DNA from: Antedon mediterranea
Taxonomy: Eukaryota > Animalia > Echinodermata
Direction: 5' to 3'
Assembly (NCBI RefSeq): GCF_964355755.1
Contig: NC_092680.1
Coordinates: 8,804,001-8,868,000, forward strand
Length of the DNA stretch: 64,000 nucleotides
The notes beneath the pieces are model-generated. The model was not told where the DNA came from, made no database searches, and was given only the letters and a program-made list of their open reading frames with translations. Both the position numbers and the translations under genes were made by a program. Shown here in pieces: positions 22,988-37,370 of the stretch (within the stretch, counting starts at the first letter, position 1; the number at the start of each line of letters is the position of its first letter).

Positions 22988-24584
22988 TACATAAGTAAAT
23001 GAACTGATAATACCTGTATTCCATACAAATTTATTAAGTAGCGCCCTCTATTATTAATTAAAACATAATGCTGTAAAACTACATTTTTGGAAAACCTAAT
23101 TTAATATTCACTTTTTGTTTTTGGTGATATCCTTATTTTAGGAGATAGTCTAGGCATATTTAAATTTAACAGAATAACAATTACTGTATTATGCCTATAT
23201 ATTAACCAAACCAAGCAGAATACTAATATTAAACACAAATTTTCATAATTTATTTATATAATAATTTGTGTTTTTTTTTATTAACTTAATTGTACAGTAT
23301 AAATGAGTTATACTACATTTCTCATATTTTTAGATTAAATTGTACATGAAGATAGCGACCAATGTTAAGAGGAGATATACTAATCTATGCTTCTTGGTAC
23401 ATGAATACATGAATAGTAGTGCATTTTTGATAAAAAATACATGCATGCTAACATCATGTTTACTATTGTTTGGATATATATTTAGTTGTTCGTTTTACAC
23501 AAATTTGTTTAATGGATTACACCGTCTGCTACCAGACATAGTATTACCAGGTTATGGTGCCCGTAGAGAGTAGTGTCATTATAACATTGAAGTATCTATC
23601 AATAACATATGACACATATATAAATTATTTTGCAGTTAGTATAAAATGTATGATGTATTTTAAAAATAATTTAGTAATCATATTAACATTTTTACAATTA
23701 TTGAATTTACTCATATTTTTTAATTTACCTGCTGAATTTGCTTAAAAACGAACTATATTTTTATTTTGATAAATTATAATTTATAAACTATTATTTTCAT
23801 TATTTGCAATAAAAAGTAGCAAAAATCTTTGTAACTACTGTAGTAGTTTTGTATCATTTATCAGACTCGATCATTTATTATAGAGAATATTTAGCATGGC
23901 AATAAGTTCAATATATATTCTCAATGTTATTTTAAAAGAATCAAATTTAAAGCACAAATTATTGATAAATTTATCTCATGAATATGTAATGAGCTTTTAG
24001 GATATTACTATTTCCTCACCAATTATTGATTGATGGCTTGGTTATTGTGCCGTAATATCGGAAATGTCACTAATAGCGTTTCCTCAAGTTAGATGAATGC
24101 ACGATCGTCGCGTACATTAACCACATTTCTGCAGTAATTGCCCTGTTTTTTTTTCTACCGCAATCAAGCATGGTCTAGTACTAGATGTATTGCAGATGAA
24201 AGGATTGTTGTTTGTCAGAATTCATTGTTAATGAATGCGTGGGTTGTATTGATGGTATCTTTAATATTAAAATATTGGCAATATTATGATGTTTACTCTG
24301 TAAATTAACATGGGTGTTACGTGAAGCAACAGCAGCGAAATACCAGTTTATAATGCATTTCATCATTATGATACTGTATTTTAAATGTTTTGTTTCAAAT
24401 AACATCACTAAATAAAGATTCATACAACAATTGTAAGAAGACAATAGGATTGACAGATTTATTGCATTTAAATGTTATTTTGTAACAGATGTTCTCACTT
24501 ACACATTCATATTACATTGCAGTAGATTGGATAAAAAACTTAATACTAATTAAAAATAAAAATAACATGAAAAATATCAATCGT

Positions 24585-24960
24585 TGTATCATCATCATTT
24601 TCCTGATGATTATCTAATCATCATGATCATGATCATCATCATCATCACATTGTGTCCTCATCTTTCATTTACATGATCATCCTCACTGCAATATTATTAT
24701 TAAATATTACATTTTCATCATTATCGCTATCTTTCATTATCATTATTATCCTATTTACTGTATGTGATAATTAGTCATTGTATGATCATCATTGTCATTA
24801 TCTTATCACACTATCAATGTTGAATCATTGTGATCATTAGTCATTGTCTGATCATCATCATCATTATTATCATTATCTTATCAGACTATCAATTTTAAAT
24901 CGTGATCATTCATTGTTTGATCATCTTATCACGCTATCAATTTTGAATCATTGTGATTAT
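24585..24960. repeat. (ATC)n-derived low-complexity, degenerate tandem region
   Basis: Runs of ATCATC and recurring TTATCA..CTATCAAT.TT.AATC..GTGATCATT units. Confidence 0.6.
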
Positions 24961-25407
24961 TAGAAAAATTAGAAAAAAGAATTGCTGCACGTGTGTTATG
25001 ATGTTCGGCTGTTACAAGGGAGTTTCCATTCTATCTCGTTCTAAACACTTCAGGGAATTTGAAGATGCCCCAATGAATAGCGTGGGTATCAGTCCTATGG
25101 TTTAGGAGGAAATATAATGACCTTGGGAGTAGAGCTAGTATAATACAGATATTTCATTTTATCTATCACTCTTTAAACAGAGAGATTAATCCATCATGTT
25201 TTTTTGTACTGTAATCATAGAAAAATGTAAAAGAATAAATCTATCTTCTATCATTTGGAATTTTTTCATATCCGTTTTGGTTAAATTCATTATTTGTGAT
25301 ATGCTATCTAGTTATTTATAACTAAGTAAAATGTCCTTGTTATTACTGAACAACTCATTATTATTATAAGTTAATTCTGTTCGAGGATCCACTCATGTGT
25401 GACTGAT

Positions 25408-27167
25408 TGTTTCTCTTGGGAGACTTGCTTCCGATTTACTAATGGATGGTCGTCCACTCTTATCGAATGCGAGTATACCGGATCTGTTTGTCTGATGATA
25501 TTGTTTGCTAGAAAATTATGTAATGTAAGACTTCCTAATTGAAGGCTGTCGTCTAGGCAACCCGATCGTTGTTATGCAATAGTATTATGGATATTTTTAA
25601 TGACATGAAGAAGACTTAAATAATTAATCTGAAAATCAGACTATTAATAATTAACACAGCTGTTTGTTTTGTATAATATGGTTTGTGTTATGTTTATACT
25701 ACAATACAGTGTCTATAATGCAGACCGGTTACAATCTTACATTTGTAACTATTACATAACTATATAATTAGTACATAAACATCTCAGCGTTGAACAACTG
25801 AAATTATGTGATTAGAAATAGGTTATTGTAACTAGAACGTAAGTTTTGAATACATTCAGTAGTGATTCAAATGTTTGTTACATTGCTTGGACACGCCGGC
25901 GCAAATCATGGGGTGCAGGAGAGGAGATATGTGATAGAGGCCTCGAGGGTCCACTCATAAAATGTTTATAATACAGCAACTTTGCATTGTCAGAAACCCC
26001 ATGTTTGTTCCGCATATCTGCAAAAAAGTTGCTTAGCGTCTCGTCATTCACATGAAGTTGTACAGGCAACATTTTCATGACGATTTCAATTGCGCAACGT
26101 TAATTACGCGCGATTTTATGAATTTCATGTATTTAACATACAGTAAGTCAAAAACGAAATAAAATTTTAAATTGAAACTTAGCAAAAGTGTAATTTATAT
26201 CATGCGCTAGCTAAATGGCAAGTTCCACAGAAAGGTACGCATGCACGCGCATTTCAAAATTAGAAATGCGAAAAATAAATTTCTAATCAGTTTTCTACAC
26301 GTTTCATGTCATTTTAAGCATGTAAACATTTAGAAAAATATTTTTTTCATGTGAATTATGTTTTTCCAGCCCTTTCTAGTGACTTGGGTCACTTATTTTC
26401 ATCATTACAGTAAATTTCAATATGTTATAGCTCCTCAGAATGAAAAGTGATACCCATGATTAAAACATTTTATGGAAGCTGTACACATTTGAATTCACAT
26501 CCACATTTTGTGACTTCATATGGCCAGTTATTATTATTATAAAAGTTGTATTTTTGTCTTTTGCGTCATAGTTCATCATATATAAACAAGCGCGCATCTA
26601 TATTCTACATATCCAAATTCCCTCAATATGTTGCTGCTCAGATAATTCCCTTCCAAAATTGCTATGTGTTTAATTTTGATGACGTCATCATGTTAAAAAT
26701 TGGAATAAAGGTGGGTCCTGTTATTTTCACCTATGCTGAACTGTACGTAGTATGTATACGGTATATAGTGTATACTGTATATAGTGTATACGGTATATAG
26801 TGTATACTGTATATAGTGTATACGGTATATAGTGTATACTGTATATAGTGTATACGGTATATAGTGTATACTGTATATAGTGTATACGGTATATAGTGTA
26901 TACTGTATAGTGTATACGGTATATAGTGTATACTGTATATAGTGTATACTGTATATAGTGTATACGGTATATAGTGTATACTGTATATACTTAGACACAA
27001 AATAAAAGAGCACAACTAACAACATTTAATTTTCTTCAGGGAAGTCTTACATTACATAATTTTCTAGCAAACAATATCATCAGACAAACAGATCCGGTAT
27101 ACTCGCATTCGATAAGAGTGGACGACCATCCATTAGTAAATCGGAAGCAAGTCTCCCAAGAGAAACA
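25408..27167. repeat. Perfect 128-bp inverted repeat pair (25408-25535 / 27040-27167) enclosing 1.5 kb
   Basis: Base-by-base comparison by eye showed no mismatch. No TSD visible. Confidence 0.9.
26754..26989. repeat. 16-bp minisatellite alternating TATACGGTATATAGTG / TATACTGTATATAGTG
   Basis: Directly visible, with a 32-bp dimer periodicity. Confidence 0.95.
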
Positions 27168-27174
27168 CAATATT

Positions 27175-27497
27175 GTGAGTGAGTGAGTGGCCGAGCGGTT
27201 AAGACAGTGGAACCGTAATCACGTAGCCATAACATCGGCAGGGGTTCGAGGCTCACTCACTCCATGGTTCTGGTGGTAGAACGAGTCTTCTCGGATAAGG
27301 ACTATAAACCGTAGGTCCAGTGTACACAACTTGCTCGTGTGCACTTTAAAGAACCTAGTACATCTTTCGAGACGAGTAGGGGGTTACCCCGGTGTATTAG
27401 TACATCACAGCCACTGATCACCAACTGGGCCCTCTGGGAGATCAGTCTTTGACTGAAGAGGTCACCCAGTATAAAGATAAAACAAACAAACAAACAA
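27175..27497 (+). mobile_element. tRNA-derived SINE with a Deu/Nin-like central domain
   Basis: A box TGGCCGAGCGGTTAAG, B box GGTTCGAGGC, core TAAACCGTAGGTCC...TAAAGAACC...GAGTAGGGGGTTACCCCGGTGT, (CAAA)n tail, TSD ACAATATT (27167-74 / 27498-505). Confidence 0.85.
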
Positions 27498-28355
27498 ACA
27501 ATATTATGACGTGCATGTGGCATTTGTGACGAGTTAAAATCTAGTTTTGTTTATTTTTGCTTCCTAAGTTCCCATAATTTGCTTCTTTTATTCAAAATAG
27601 AAGAATTTAAAATTTTTATTCTCAAACTTATAAAAACATTGTATTTCTATAAATTCTAATAATTTATGACACATCAACTTGACCTGCACCAAATCTAAAT
27701 GTTAGATAGTTTTCAGGTAAGAAACATCTCATTATAATACAGCACCAGTAGCTAATGGTAGTGTACTGCATAATCATACACAGCATTCTGAAACTATAGA
27801 GCGCCCTCTGATATTTCAAATAGAACTAATAGAACTAACACGTTAAGGAGAATAATCCATCCGAAATATACAAATTATAGAAGAACGCTAACAAGGAAAT
27901 TGCTTTTAAGATTTACAAGCATTCACATCAAGTGATCAGCGAATGGTCTCAATCTTGTTGAACTCGCAATATTAAGTAACTTTTAGGCTATTAATAACAT
28001 AAATGATATATGGGAAGATTTTTATTAATGTACTTTTTATGACGTTATGATCTGTGCTGTGCAAATCCATGTGATATTACTACCGCAAACAGACTAATAA
28101 ATTCATGTGTCTGTAAGTGTAATGCTAAAAAGACATGAACTTCTGAACCGTTTAGGAAAATAAATGTCGGTTTCAACTAATGTGAGTTTGGACATGGTTG
28201 TAATCTTCTGTACGTTCATAAAAGGTGAAAAAATGGAGAAATACAGAACGCTTCATATTAACACTGGCATCTGGCAACTTACAGTATAATACGGAAAATA
28301 AAATATGCTGTATTATAAAACGCCTACCCGAGTGTATCTTACTACAGTATCGTTA

Positions 28356-28534
28356 AGCTCTGTCTACACTATCAAACTTTATGTGACAACAAAATGTGAT
28401 GTGCCCAAATATGGACATGCCACTACCATATTTGGGTATATCATTACCATATTTGGGTATATCATTACCATATTTGGGTATATCATTACCATATTTGGGT
28501 ATATCATTACCATATTTGGGTATATCATTACCAT
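28356..28534 (+). mobile_element. GTCTACACTATCAAA-family element with an internal 21-bp tandem expansion
   Basis: Same 5' end as 10126; ATATCATTACCATATTTGGGT repeated about 5 times. Confidence 0.75.
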
Positions 28535-30654
28535 TTTTGTATCGCATGCCGTTCAGTATTGGAAAAAGTACCTTTTAATGGTTTCTATTGCATATTGTTT
28601 ATAAAAGCAATATTTGTAATACATTTACAACAAAACAAAAGTTTATCCTTTTTAGCAATGATAGCTCCTAGATGTAAATTATGCTAGGTGGAGTTGGACG
28701 GAGACACCCATCCTCACAAAAACAATTTAATTTGTATAGTTATGTGTTTATATTTTTGCTTTGCTTTTATTATACATGAGAAGAATGAACAAATATTATT
28801 CTGCAAAAATATTATTAGATATATAATTAGAACATTTACCCTGATGATTGACAAAGCTCATATTACGTAGCATGGAACACTGTGCAAATAATGACTCGTG
28901 AACAAGTCCATGTCACTGTACGGCGCATACAGACTCAACTACTAAGGCATGAAATTGAGCCTGAAGCAAAGTATGGTATATCACTTGATATATAAAGTCA
29001 TTAAATGAAACGCTGACATTAATAATTAAAATAACATTTTTCATACAGTGGGTAGTGAAAATTGTTTAGTTCAGTCTATAGATAGTCTAAAGAAACTCAT
29101 TCTGTCAAGATATAGGAGACTGCCTTCTCTCTCACACCAAGTTCTGTGACTGAATATTTGAAATGGCACAAGTCAAATTAACACCAAAAAATAGTCAGTC
29201 TCAAACTATAACATTGGGAAAGTCTGTTACCTGTTGAATGGACCATGAAAGTCCTGCATGTCATACAGTACTATGTTACCTGTGCACATGTGCAATTGAT
29301 TAAATAAAAACTGCAACCAAATATTTTTTTAAAGGATAAAATCAGTTTTAATTTTGAGTGGAGTTATCAATATTAATTGTTAATATTAATAACAACAACA
29401 TTTAAAATTACTGAAAACTAGTAAATAATATTTTGGTAATTAATATACTGTAGAGGTTTAACAACTGGGTCAAAAGAAGTACAGAATAATAAAAAGTAAA
29501 ACGCTTTAAGAAAACATCTACAAACAAAGGATAAACCCCAGCTGCCAAAATTGGATAAATATTTTATTTCAAAAGCTTTATTACAACAGAAATAATCAAT
29601 AACAACCCTGATTAAATTAAATTGAAACTTGAACATTATTTAAGATAAATGGATTGGTAACTAAATACTACCAATATTGACAACAAATATACTGAGTATA
29701 AATAAAGATTCGATTTAAGGCAATTGTGCACATAAATGAGATGATGAATGGTAACTAAATAGCTGTAAGTTATAACAGAAAAAAAGCAAAGCTGTGTTCA
29801 TAACACTGTGTTCACACACACCATAGATAGTTATGCTTAGAACAAAGTTAAGTTCATGAATCATATCTGAACCATATTGTACATCACTAAAGAAAGGTAT
29901 ATATTCACAAGCTATATGCAGTACCTTGCCACAGTAATGATGATTTTTGCGTGTGAACGCAGAACAAGCTAAACGCAATATAACTAACTAACTAACTAAC
30001 CAATAGACCATAACTTAATTCTGATAGATAAAAGAGAAAGTAAGCAAGCTTTAGAATATACAAAGTAATTTAGTTTACTACATCATAATTCAACAAAGGC
30101 CAGTTTTCATTATCATCATCATCATCATCATCATCGTCATAGTTTGAATTTACCAATTAGAACAAAGACACAAAGACCAGGTTCTCTTGTCAACAGTCAC
30201 ATCAATTGTCTTCTCATACTTTAATTTATGACCCAAAGGAACGATATCATTCAACCAACTTTCTCAAGCTTTATTCTCTTTGTTGGTACGTCGAGTTTCT
30301 ACCAAAACTAGAATTCATTTCTTAATCGAGTCGTGTTTAAGATCAACTCCACCATTGTTCCCTCATCGTATATATTTAAATAAAATGATCGATATGAGAT
30401 TATGTATATTGAACTATTGCGCTATTGTATTATCAAAATACATTTCTGTATTTCTATTATGAACAATTATTATTAGACTATTAAATAAATATATTTGAAA
30501 ATTGTATTTTTTAATATTTTATCTTATCAAGCATAATAATTTCACTTTAGTGAATTCTGTTTTTTTAATATTTATTTTTAGAAAAGTAGTTTAATAGAAC
30601 ATAATTGATAATAAAACACAATAATAATGGTAATCTTGTATTATTAATATACAA

Positions 30655-31085
30655 TTTGTAAGTTTTATTTCTTTTTATGCCAGAGGGAAAACATATAACA
30701 TTTTTTTCCAAACAAATCACATAAATTAATTTCATTATAATAAAAAAAAAATGTATTTAAATTTCAAAAAGCCTTTTCAATGCCTACTAGTACTATGTAC
30801 ATGATTTCCATAATGTAATAAAAGTACTAAATATTATTTAAAATACAATTTTAATTTTCTTTTATGCCAGGAGGGACATAACATTTTTCCATACATATTA
30901 TTATATCACATAAATTAATTTTATGATAATAAAAAAAATTAATTTAAAAAAGTCTTTTCAATGCCTACTATGTACATAATAATTTTCCATAATGTAATAA
31001 AAGTACTTAATATTATTTAAAATACAATTTTAATTTTCTTTATGCCAGGAGGGACATAAAAAATGTTACCATACATATTATTATT
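30655..31085. repeat. Degenerate ~180-bp tandem duplication, about 2.4 copies
   Basis: TTTATGCCAG recurs near 30675, 30862, 31040; CTTTTCAATGCCTACTA occurs twice. Confidence 0.75.
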
Positions 31086-31608
31086 TATTATGCTAAAAAT
31101 AAATTTAAATCCATAAATTTGAAGTGATATAAAAGTGATCTATTTAAAGCATAAAGATGAGAGTACAATTCGTTTTTGTCACATAGTTTTATATACTTCA
31201 TTCATGATTATGCACATAATTTATTTAGCAGCAACATTCACAACATTTGTAAAAAAAAATTATAGAAAATCCAATTAATTTGTTTTATTTAATTTGCATT
31301 ATATTGCTAATTGTTCACGTTTACATACAAATATAGCAACATGTTCTTGTCTAATTTCTTATTCATGTTCTTGGTTAACATAGAAAAATAATAAATATTT
31401 TAAAGACGGCTTACTTCTGCCTGGACAAGCACAATCTCCATGGAAACCATAGTATTAATGTTTTATTTTCTTGATTCAAAACTGCCGTTGGACTGCACGT
31501 TGAGTAGGCCAGATCAATGTATTAAATAGACTGCTTCAAAAGCTCATAATAAATGAGTGCGATGAATACTTTCAAAGTATACATAGAATTAAATATTAAT
31601 AAAATATG

Positions 31609-31810
31609 ATTACAAAATGTAGAGGACCATACACAACTTGCTGCTGATTTGTTGACCATTACAAAATGCAGAGGACCATACACAACTTGCTGCTGATTTG
31701 TTGACCATTACAAAATGTAGAGGACCATACACAACTTGCTGCTGATTTGTTGACCATTACAAAATGTAGAGGACCATACACAACTTGCTGCTGATTTGTT
31801 GACCATTACA
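31609..31810. repeat. 49-bp tandem repeat, 4 nearly identical copies
   Basis: Unit ATTACAAAATGTAGAGGACCATACACAACTTGCTGCTGATTTGTTGACC, period 49. Confidence 0.95.
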
Positions 31811-31942
31811 TTTTGAATCGTAGGCATTTTGATGGTATGGCCTAGATGGTGTGAATTAGGTTCACATATTGCATAAGCTGGACTTGTCCGAGAAGACTTT
31901 GATCCTCTGAACCTAGGAGCGTGGCAGTCGCAAGGCAACTGT

Positions 31943-32210
31943 TACAGTTATATTTGAAATAATATTAATAAATTATGAAAATATTAATAAATTGAAAAAA
32001 AAATGTCCTATTTGAGAAATATTTAAAACACCATGGTATATTTTTTTTTAATATTAAAAAAAAACATTTTTTTTTACAATAACAGTTATATTTGAAACAA
32101 GATTAATTAATTATGAAAATATTAATAAATTTTTTTTTAAAATGTCCTATTTGAGGGATATTAAAAACACCATGGTATATTTTTTTTAAATATTAAAAAT
32201 ACCATTTTTC
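31943..32210. repeat. ~140-bp tandem duplication
   Basis: ACAGTTATATTTGAAA...AATGTCCTATTTGAG...AAAACACCATGGTATATTTTTTT occurs twice. Confidence 0.75.
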
Positions 32211-35200
32211 CATAAAATAAACTATAATCAGTAGCTAATCAAAATAAAAAACAATAGTAATAATAAAACAATACAGTACTATTTATTGAGGAGTATCTTC
32301 TGTAATTGAACTTTAGCATATGGCTCTTCCAGACAAAAAGAAACTTTTTCTTTGTCCTTTTATCGACAAAGCAACCAAACGCAGCGGTATAGTTTTCAAC
32401 ACCATTTAACAAATGATTTTTTAGAGTTCTTTGTTCTATTTCAGCTTTTAATTTGGAAGATCCAACTATAAACAGATAGCAAAAGAGTGAATAATTAATA
32501 CATTTTTTATAAATATTTATTTTTCATATTTGACTGCCAGTATCAATCGGATATTTATAAACAATTTTTTGTGTGTGTTTTGATGCCTTTTAATTGTAAA
32601 TCATAATCTTAATAATGTTTATATTGTGATAAGAAATATGAAATTTCACTAAATTATACTAAATTTGGTTGAACAAACAGTATTTATTTATATAATAATA
32701 AATATTTATTCAGATTAACCAATAGAGTAATAGGTACAAAAGTAACAAAATATTTTCAAAAACAGTAACACAATACAACTTTGATTCTTATTAATATTTA
32801 ATATAACTAATTCATCTTAGAAATTTTTACTATTATATTTTGTTATGATCTTTTTTAATGAATTATTGTTTTATTGATTGATTATTTTTCATAATAGCCT
32901 TTTTTTAAATAATATACATTTTAGTATAAATTTAAATTATTTATTTTGGTGGTTCATTCTTTGATAGAAAGACAAAAAAGAATTCAATTGTAGAACAATG
33001 CATTTAATTTTTGTTTCAAAAAAGGCTTTAGTGCTTTCTCTAGGAATAGTAGAAATCATTCATCATTAATCATCATTGTTAAAATTAATTAATAATAGAT
33101 TTCCAAGAAATACATCAACGTAACTATACAAATGTAATTGCAGGCCTACTAAAAATGTAAATTACATAATAGAAAAATGATATTACACAAAGGGGTTAAA
33201 CTTTGTAGCACTCTTTATGCAGCCTAGTTCAGTGACAATAGCCGCAGCATTGACAAGTCCAACAGCCATAGTTACATATATGATGGTAAGTCTTCTTGAA
33301 TAAGGACTTCAGTTCGAGTATACACTGATTGCGTATCAGTGCATCTTTCGGAGGAAATAAAATCGTTTAAGAGATGAAAGTTGTATGCAACTAGTCTACA
33401 ACGCCTTAGTGGGTAAAACACAAGACTTTATATTGAACAATAACATTTTTCTTTCTGAAAAGCACACAGATAAATTTTATATCATCATCTGTGCGGTAGG
33501 CCTATGTTGAAATATAAATGTCACTGACCTAATATATTAATATTTTGCGAAGGCCAATTGTACAATTAGCCTGGATTTAGTAAAAGTACATACATGTTAA
33601 AATACTGACAGTAAAATATGGCTATTTGTAGAAAACCATTAAAAATTACACTTGATAGAAGAGAGAGTTTTAAACAAAGGTATTAAACAATAGGATTTAA
33701 GTGTTAACAGCTGCATGGGCCTAGTCTTAAGTAAGTTTGTAAACAAAATATAATCAGCTGATGGAAAAATTGTACCAGAAATCCTCTTAGGATTAATTTT
33801 TACAAAATATATGAATATGATAATTACTGAAAAAGTTCCAATCCTATGGGTGAATTATGGTAATGATTTTATAAATGAATACAATAATTTATGTCAAGTT
33901 TTTGCAGATGTGTTTACGCTGCTACAAAATGACATAATGAAATTGTTAATTATTTTATTCACAATATACCAAATTGTGTTAAAATATTCTGCATAAATTT
34001 GGTTCTACTACTTTGCCCCTTTTATTAAAAACATTGTATTTTCCAGATACTGATGCAATAAGTATTTCAATAGCACGGTACCCTCCATGTTTTGGTGTTT
34101 AACACAATTATAGCACCCTCTATGGTTTGGCAAAACTTTTATAAAGTCTTCTGATATTTGATTTTTCCAAGTTTGGACCTCTAGTCTAAGGTGATAACAC
34201 ATAATAGGATATTAATAAAATACTAAAGTTATAGTTGACAGGTAGAATTTTTTTTTCATAAAATTCTAAGAAAAATAATATAAATAAATCCTTTAAATAG
34301 GAAAATATGGTAATATAACATGCTATTTGTAATTAAAATCAAGATGCAAGGGTACGTAGATGATAATTATTTAATAAACTTAGACTAGTACACATGTCTC
34401 AATGTCAATGACACTAAGATGTATTTAATCCAAATTTAATGAATTTGATTAACCCAATTAAACCATTTGGTTGAACTACACAAGTGTGAAAAGCCTTGAG
34501 GTGATGGGGCTTTGTAGTAAACAACTAGATCCATCTGTGGCAGTGAACCTACCAGAACCAAATTACTACTGTGTCACCCTCTATAGGTTAAAGTAGCTTA
34601 CGTTGCTCTGTGAATCACTGTATCTTGTGATTTTGTTGTTCACACAGAACCATATGGCCATAACAGAATTACTAGCCTCTTGTGATAAACAAATGTCGAC
34701 AGTAAATACTTTTAAATCATTATTAGCCTCGTTCACATGTATGACGGACAGCATAACGGAGGGGGAAAAAGTCCCTGGTTTAGCACTCTTAAGTAAGGGG
34801 GCCGCCAACATTGGGTAGCAACGCAAGGACTGTGACGTAGACGCAACGAAAGTGAGTTCATCAATGACAAGCCAATGTTTGAATAATCCATCGCTTTTGA
34901 TTGGTCAAATCCCTGTATGATTCGTTGTTGTGTTTCATCTCTAGTGGAAACCAAGCATTAAGCTCCTGAGTTTAGTCATTGAGCATTTCACGCCACTGCT
35001 GACCAATCGTAAGCGGTGAGACACTATGAGCCGATCGGGTTGTGAACAAGATTGGGGTTAGATCTTTAAGATCAATTTTACACAAACTTTGTGAAACTTT
35101 CAGTTTCAGCTTCCATATTTAAGATTTTCAATGTTTAATTATAACTGTTAAAAAATCAGCCAAAACTTATTAACTGATGGTCACATACGTGGTGTGAATT

Positions 35201-37370
35201 CATTCTCGATTGACACGTGCATGCAAATTATATTCCTATATTGTCTTGAAGTTTTTTGTTTTTTAATAAATAGAGAGAGGGGAAGAGAGAGAGAGAAACA
35301 CATGCACTAATACAGATACAGATACAGATTCATTTATTGTCCAAAATAATAATGGAAATTACAGTGCTCATAAACCTTGGCTTGCCTAAAATAAATATAA
35401 ATATAACGGGGACTATCTAACAAATGAGAAGCAAACATTATACTACCAGGGTAGCAACCCAAAAAAACCCCAAAAGATGTCAGTAGCAGTCAGAAAAACA
35501 GACATACAGTATACCATTATTATTCATAACTAAAATCATACGATATTTAACATGTGAAAAACAGCTGTGTTTGCGCAGTATAAAGTAGAAATTTGTCTGC
35601 GCTAAGGTTAATGTTCTATGAAAATAGCAAGGATCACAGTTGTACTCCAGATTGCAACAGAGCAAATAAATGGGATAAGAAAATGTGGAGAAAGTGAAGT
35701 CAATTCAATTTTTCAATAACTTATATAGGCAGATTCTATAATACAGTGTCACATGTGGCACTAGTTAAGTTGATCATTTGTTAAAAATTCATGTTTTTTT
35801 GTCATGATTTCTGTTAGTGTTACGCATTTTTAATTTATGTATATTTAAACAGATATTCATGACTATAGCTGAGATTTAACAGACTAAATGTTTTTTTTTT
35901 AATATTCTGATTCAAATACAATTGGACTTTGATTATATAAATAATGAAATGATCATGTTATCTTTAGTAACATTATAAAACAATGTAAACTTTAGCCTGA
36001 ACCATCGTGGTGGATATGGTCTGATCATCAGGCACTTTTCTCCAATAAAGCCCCATCCTCTCCATTTTACACTAATATGCCACTAATATTGTATGTGGGC
36101 CTAGAGGTTTTTAAAAATACATTCATTTCTATTCTCAAGTTTAATCATTCAAAATTTAATTTGAATTGATATAAAGTTTGAAAAATATAAATTTTATAAT
36201 CCTGATTACTCATGAAACTACAGTACATTCACAACCCGCAACTTTCTCCACAACAAACAAACAATCATGAAGTCATTCACACTAAACCAACCAATCATGT
36301 TCAAGAATTCTTGTGATTAATAATCATAATAATTAATTATTCAAGCACTCATTCCGATGCAATCAATTCTAATTCATTAACGTTAAAATTAGAAACATAT
36401 TCATCCTTAATCAATCAGCAGATGGTGCAATGTTTTGTTGCTATGGCAATAAATATTAATAATTCCGGGTTAAAATTGATATTAATATCCTTGAGATGCA
36501 ATATGTTATTGAAAAGAATAGCAAGGTGATTGAAAAATATGACAACAGCAATGCTTTGTCAATAATATTGACATAATAGCAGGTATAGTATTATAAATCC
36601 ATCTTATGAGTGTCCACTACAATTTTGTACGAAACAAACAACTCCTACACACCCCCACTTTTTGCCCTTTTTACTTCAAACATGACGCATTAGTTTTTAT
36701 GTAAGCTTGATACTACCTTGAATCAGTCTGAAAGTGGGTGAATATTAATGAGAAATGCTCTTCATATAGTAATTGTTATCTTGTTAATAAAATTTAGTAG
36801 AGTTAATTAAAAACATATCAGAGTATCCACGAATCTTTCAAACATCTATCATCTATATTATAAATCTGGGAGATGTTGTTTGCATCATATCATAGCAACC
36901 AGAAGCTTTGGAATCAACTGAACAAATCATCAAACACACCCACATACACAAACTTATATGACCCTCATTAGTTATTATACAATAACAAATTATTGGCTAG
37001 AACTATGTCTACAATATTTCCAAAATTTGATTGTTTGAGAGAAAATTTATTTACTTACTAATAATTTTAAAATAGATAACTTGGAAAAAATGAATCAAAT
37101 CATTTATCGTTTGTAAACATACAGTTCACTATTAAATGTATGTTAATTTGTGTAAAAGCACAATATAAACAATTACAACTATACTTCTGTAGATAAACCA
37201 AATTCACTGCACACAATACAGGAGAAAGAACCCAAATACTTGCTAAACTTCCCCATCATTTGCGGGTCATAAAGAGAAGCAATTATTTAGAAGAAATGTA
37301 TTCACTTGAGATTTGTCCTTTAAACAAAACTAATATTTGTCTTCCTTGTTTCAAGTGTTGTTTATGTATA

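Noticed and set aside
25485-25535. Hammerhead ribozyme core (CTGATGA...GAAA)
   Set aside because: Stems I and III and the NUH cleavage site cannot be paired convincingly.
26693-27025. Tyr/Thr-rich ORFs (also 28305-28604 and 63101-63893)
   Set aside because: Translations of 16-, 21- and 14-bp tandem repeats.
27175-27266. tRNA gene
   Set aside because: The A/B boxes continue into a SINE body with tail and TSD; no canonical cloverleaf.
34627-34641. miR-7-like GTGATTTTGTTGTT
   Set aside because: Only the 3' half matches; the seed and a hairpin are absent.
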